Part shown: one piece after another, positions 61,960-64,000 of the stretch
Position numbering within the stretch: position 1 is the first letter of the stretch
Layout of the letters: each line of letters opens with the position of its first letter
DNA from: Candidatus Poribacteria bacterium
Lineage (GTDB): Bacteria > Poribacteria > WGA-4E > WGA-3G
Length of the DNA stretch: 64,000 nucleotides
Direction of reading: 5' to 3'
Assembly (NCBI GenBank): GCA_963663765.2
Contig: CAXXUA010000013.1
Span: 1-64,000 of the forward strand
Made by a program: the position numbers and the translations under genes
Notes under the pieces: generated by a model
Told to the model about the DNA's origin: nothing
Databases searched by the model: none
What the model saw: the letters and a program-made list of their open reading frames with translations, nothing else

Positions 61960-64000
61960 ATGAAAAATCAGCTTTTTAAGAGGAAAGTTTTATGTTCCTT
62001 TATGGCTGTTGTAATGTTATTTGGTTTGACAGCATTGAGTTACGGTGCAGCTAACGTTTCAGTTGATCCTGCTACGGTTGAATCTCCTGCTGTCGGCGAA
62101 CAGTTAACAGTGAATATCAATATTGCAGATGGTGAAGGTGTCGGGGGTTTCGAAGCTCAAATTAATTATGACAATACTGCTCTAAAATATGTTTCCGCAG
62201 CAAAGGGAGACTATATTCCCGGCGACCCAGCCGCTGGAACTTTCTTTACACTAATACGACCAGGTGATTCACATGTTGTCATTGCAGGAACATCCATTCA
62301 AGTAGGAACTGGAGAAGGGGATGGCACACTTGCTACAGTGACATTTGAAGTCGTTGAGGTAAAAGCATCTGCTATTACACTTTCGAAAGTTTCACTCGCT
62401 GATGCTGCAGGTCAACAATTAGATGTCACAACTGCAGATGGTGCTGTGACTGTTCCTGCACCTGACCCTGTTTATGGTGTTATGTTAGAAGGTGTAGGTG
62501 AGTTGAAAACAGAAACATCTGATCCAGGTGAAGGTGTTACCTATACGCTCAAAGTCACAAACGCTGGCGATACTGATGATGTGATAGATTTAGCTGCATC
62601 AAATGCTGATGCTACTTTAAGTGAAACCTCTCTATCACTGGAATCAGGTGCTTCAGCAGAAGTAACATTAACTATTCCCGCTACAGCACTTGCTACACCA
62701 GGGGATTATGAAATCAAAGTTACCGCGACTTCACAAGGTGATAGCACAAAAACTGCTGAGGTATCAACAACTACAACTATATCAGAACCCGTTGAACCCG
62801 AACCTGACCCTGTTTATGGAGTCATGTTAGCAGGGGTAGGTGATTTGACAGCAGAAGTATCTGATACAAGTGAAGGTGTTACCTATACGATCAATGTCAC
62901 AAACGCTGGCGATACAGATGATGTGATAGATTTAGCTGCATCAAATGCTGATGCTACTTTAAGTGAGACCTCTGTATCACTGGAATCAGGTGCTTTAGTA
63001 GAAGTAACATTAACTATTCCCGCTACAGCACTTGCTACACCAGGAGATCATGAAGTCAAAGTTACTGCGACTTCACAAGGCGATAATACAAAAACTGCTG
63101 AAGTCACTACAACTACAACTGTGAGCACTGAACCCGTTGCCCCCGAACCACAAGTGTTCAGTATTACTCTTACCAACCTAACTACCGGCGATCCAGGTGT
63201 TGGTGGACAAATCTTCTCACCGCCAATCTTCGCAGCACATCCTGCTGGTGTCAAAATCTATGAAGTCGGTAAAAAAGCTGAACCTTACATGGTTGCACTC
63301 GCTGAAGGTGGAGATGTCACAGGACTTGCCGCACTTGCAACCGTTGCCGGCGCAAACAGTGTTATCGCAGACGGAATGGTACATCCAGGTGCATCTGTTA
63401 CAGTCATGGTTTCTGCTGATGCAATAAATTCAGCTCTCTCTCTCACAACAATGTTAGTATCTACAAACGATGCATTTATCGGTGTTGCAGACTTACCACT
63501 CTACGATGAAGCTGGTATGCCAATCACAACAACACTTGATCTAAGATCTTATGATGCAGGTAGTGAACAGAATACGGAACGTGGAACAGATATTCCAGGA
63601 CCCGTTGGTCTGTCTGCAGAAGAAGACCCTGAAGGTACAAATGCTCGTGTTCCCACTGAAGGTGGCGTTATTACAAATCATCCCGGTATCATGGGTGTCG
63701 GTGATGTCGCTGACTCCTTTGCTTGGACAGAACCAACAGCAATGCTGACCATCGCTCCTTATGTGCCAGAACCACCAGTAATACCACCACCACCCCTACC
63801 CACTTATGATGTTACCCTTGAACCCGGTTTGAACATGATCTCTGTACCGTTGATGCCAGCAGAACCCTATTCAGCAAAAACACTTTCTGAAATGGTCGGT
63901 TCTACTGTTGTTATTAGACTCAACAGTGAAACACAAAGGTTTGAAGGTTATGTCGCAAACGAAGAAAGCCACGGTTTCTATATTGAAGGTGGAAAAGGAT
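61960..64000 (+). CDS. Secreted multidomain protein: cohesin-like + 2 Ig-like repeats + Spondin_N-like; runs off the window end and is absent from the ORF track
   Basis: RBS aaggag; MKNQLFKRK..LSYGA signal; SPAVGEQLTVNINIA..YDNTALKYVS..GDGTLATVTFEV; 342-bp repeat (62461 / 62803); FSPPIFAAH..LAEGG..TMLVSTNDAF..YDAGSE. Confidence 0.88.
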   Translation, partial: MKNQLFKRKVLCSFMAVVMLFGLTALSYGAANVSVDPATVESPAVGEQLTVNINIADGEGVGGFEAQINYDNTALKYVSAAKGDYIPGDPAAGTFFTLIRPGDSHVVIAGTSIQVGTGEGDGTLATVTFEVVEVKASAITLSKVSLADAAGQQLDVTTADGAVTVPAPDPVYGVMLEGVGELKTETSDPGEGVTYTLKVTNAGDTDDVIDLAASNADATLSETSLSLESGASAEVTLTIPATALATPGDYEIKVTATSQGDSTKTAEVSTTTTISEPVEPEPDPVYGVMLAGVGDLTAEVSDTSEGVTYTINVTNAGDTDDVIDLAASNADATLSETSVSLESGALVEVTLTIPATALATPGDHEVKVTATSQGDNTKTAEVTTTTTVSTEPVAPEPQVFSITLTNLTTGDPGVGGQIFSPPIFAAHPAGVKIYEVGKKAEPYMVALAEGGDVTGLAALATVAGANSVIADGMVHPGASVTVMVSADAINSALSLTTMLVSTNDAFIGVADLPLYDEAGMPITTTLDLRSYDAGSEQNTERGTDIPGPVGLSAEEDPEGTNARVPTEGGVITNHPGIMGVGDVADSFAWTEPTAMLTIAPYVPEPPVIPPPPLPTYDVTLEPGLNMISVPLMPAEPYSAKTLSEMVGSTVVIRLNSETQRFEGYVANEESHGFYIEGGKG

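Overview
Bacterial, fairly AT-rich window. Its content strongly suggests a Candidatus Poribacteria-like sponge symbiont (inference): secreted WD40 proteins with FlgD-like or dockerin-like tails, a PhyH dioxygenase, and a cohesin/spondin protein. Housekeeping genes include hisF, gmhA, larA, minCDE, mqnD, acpS-folP-ftsH, rpiA and an L-rhamnose isomerase. Main results: (1) two 'ORFs' at 14.4-15.5 kb are probably one DUF3179 selenoprotein (in-frame UGA in a U-P-L-C motif followed by a SECIS-like hairpin); (2) the intergenic DNA holds nested non-autonomous elements of at least five TIR families that carry REP palindromes, insert in tandem at one target site, and contain tandem REP amplifications (13x31 bp, 5x76 bp); (3) a GC-richer island with dockerin-tagged WD40 and metallopeptidase genes, plus a cohesin-Ig-Ig-spondin gene that the ORF track misses and that has a long structured 5' leader; (4) a strongly promoted beta/gamma-crystallin + extra-long flotillin operon; (5) an ABC-type ATPase + TOPRIM-like pair resembling a defence module; (6) a GcvH paralogue lacking the lipoyl lysine. 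No rRNA, tRNA or true CRISPR array was seen. All family calls come from motif recognition by eye, not database searches.
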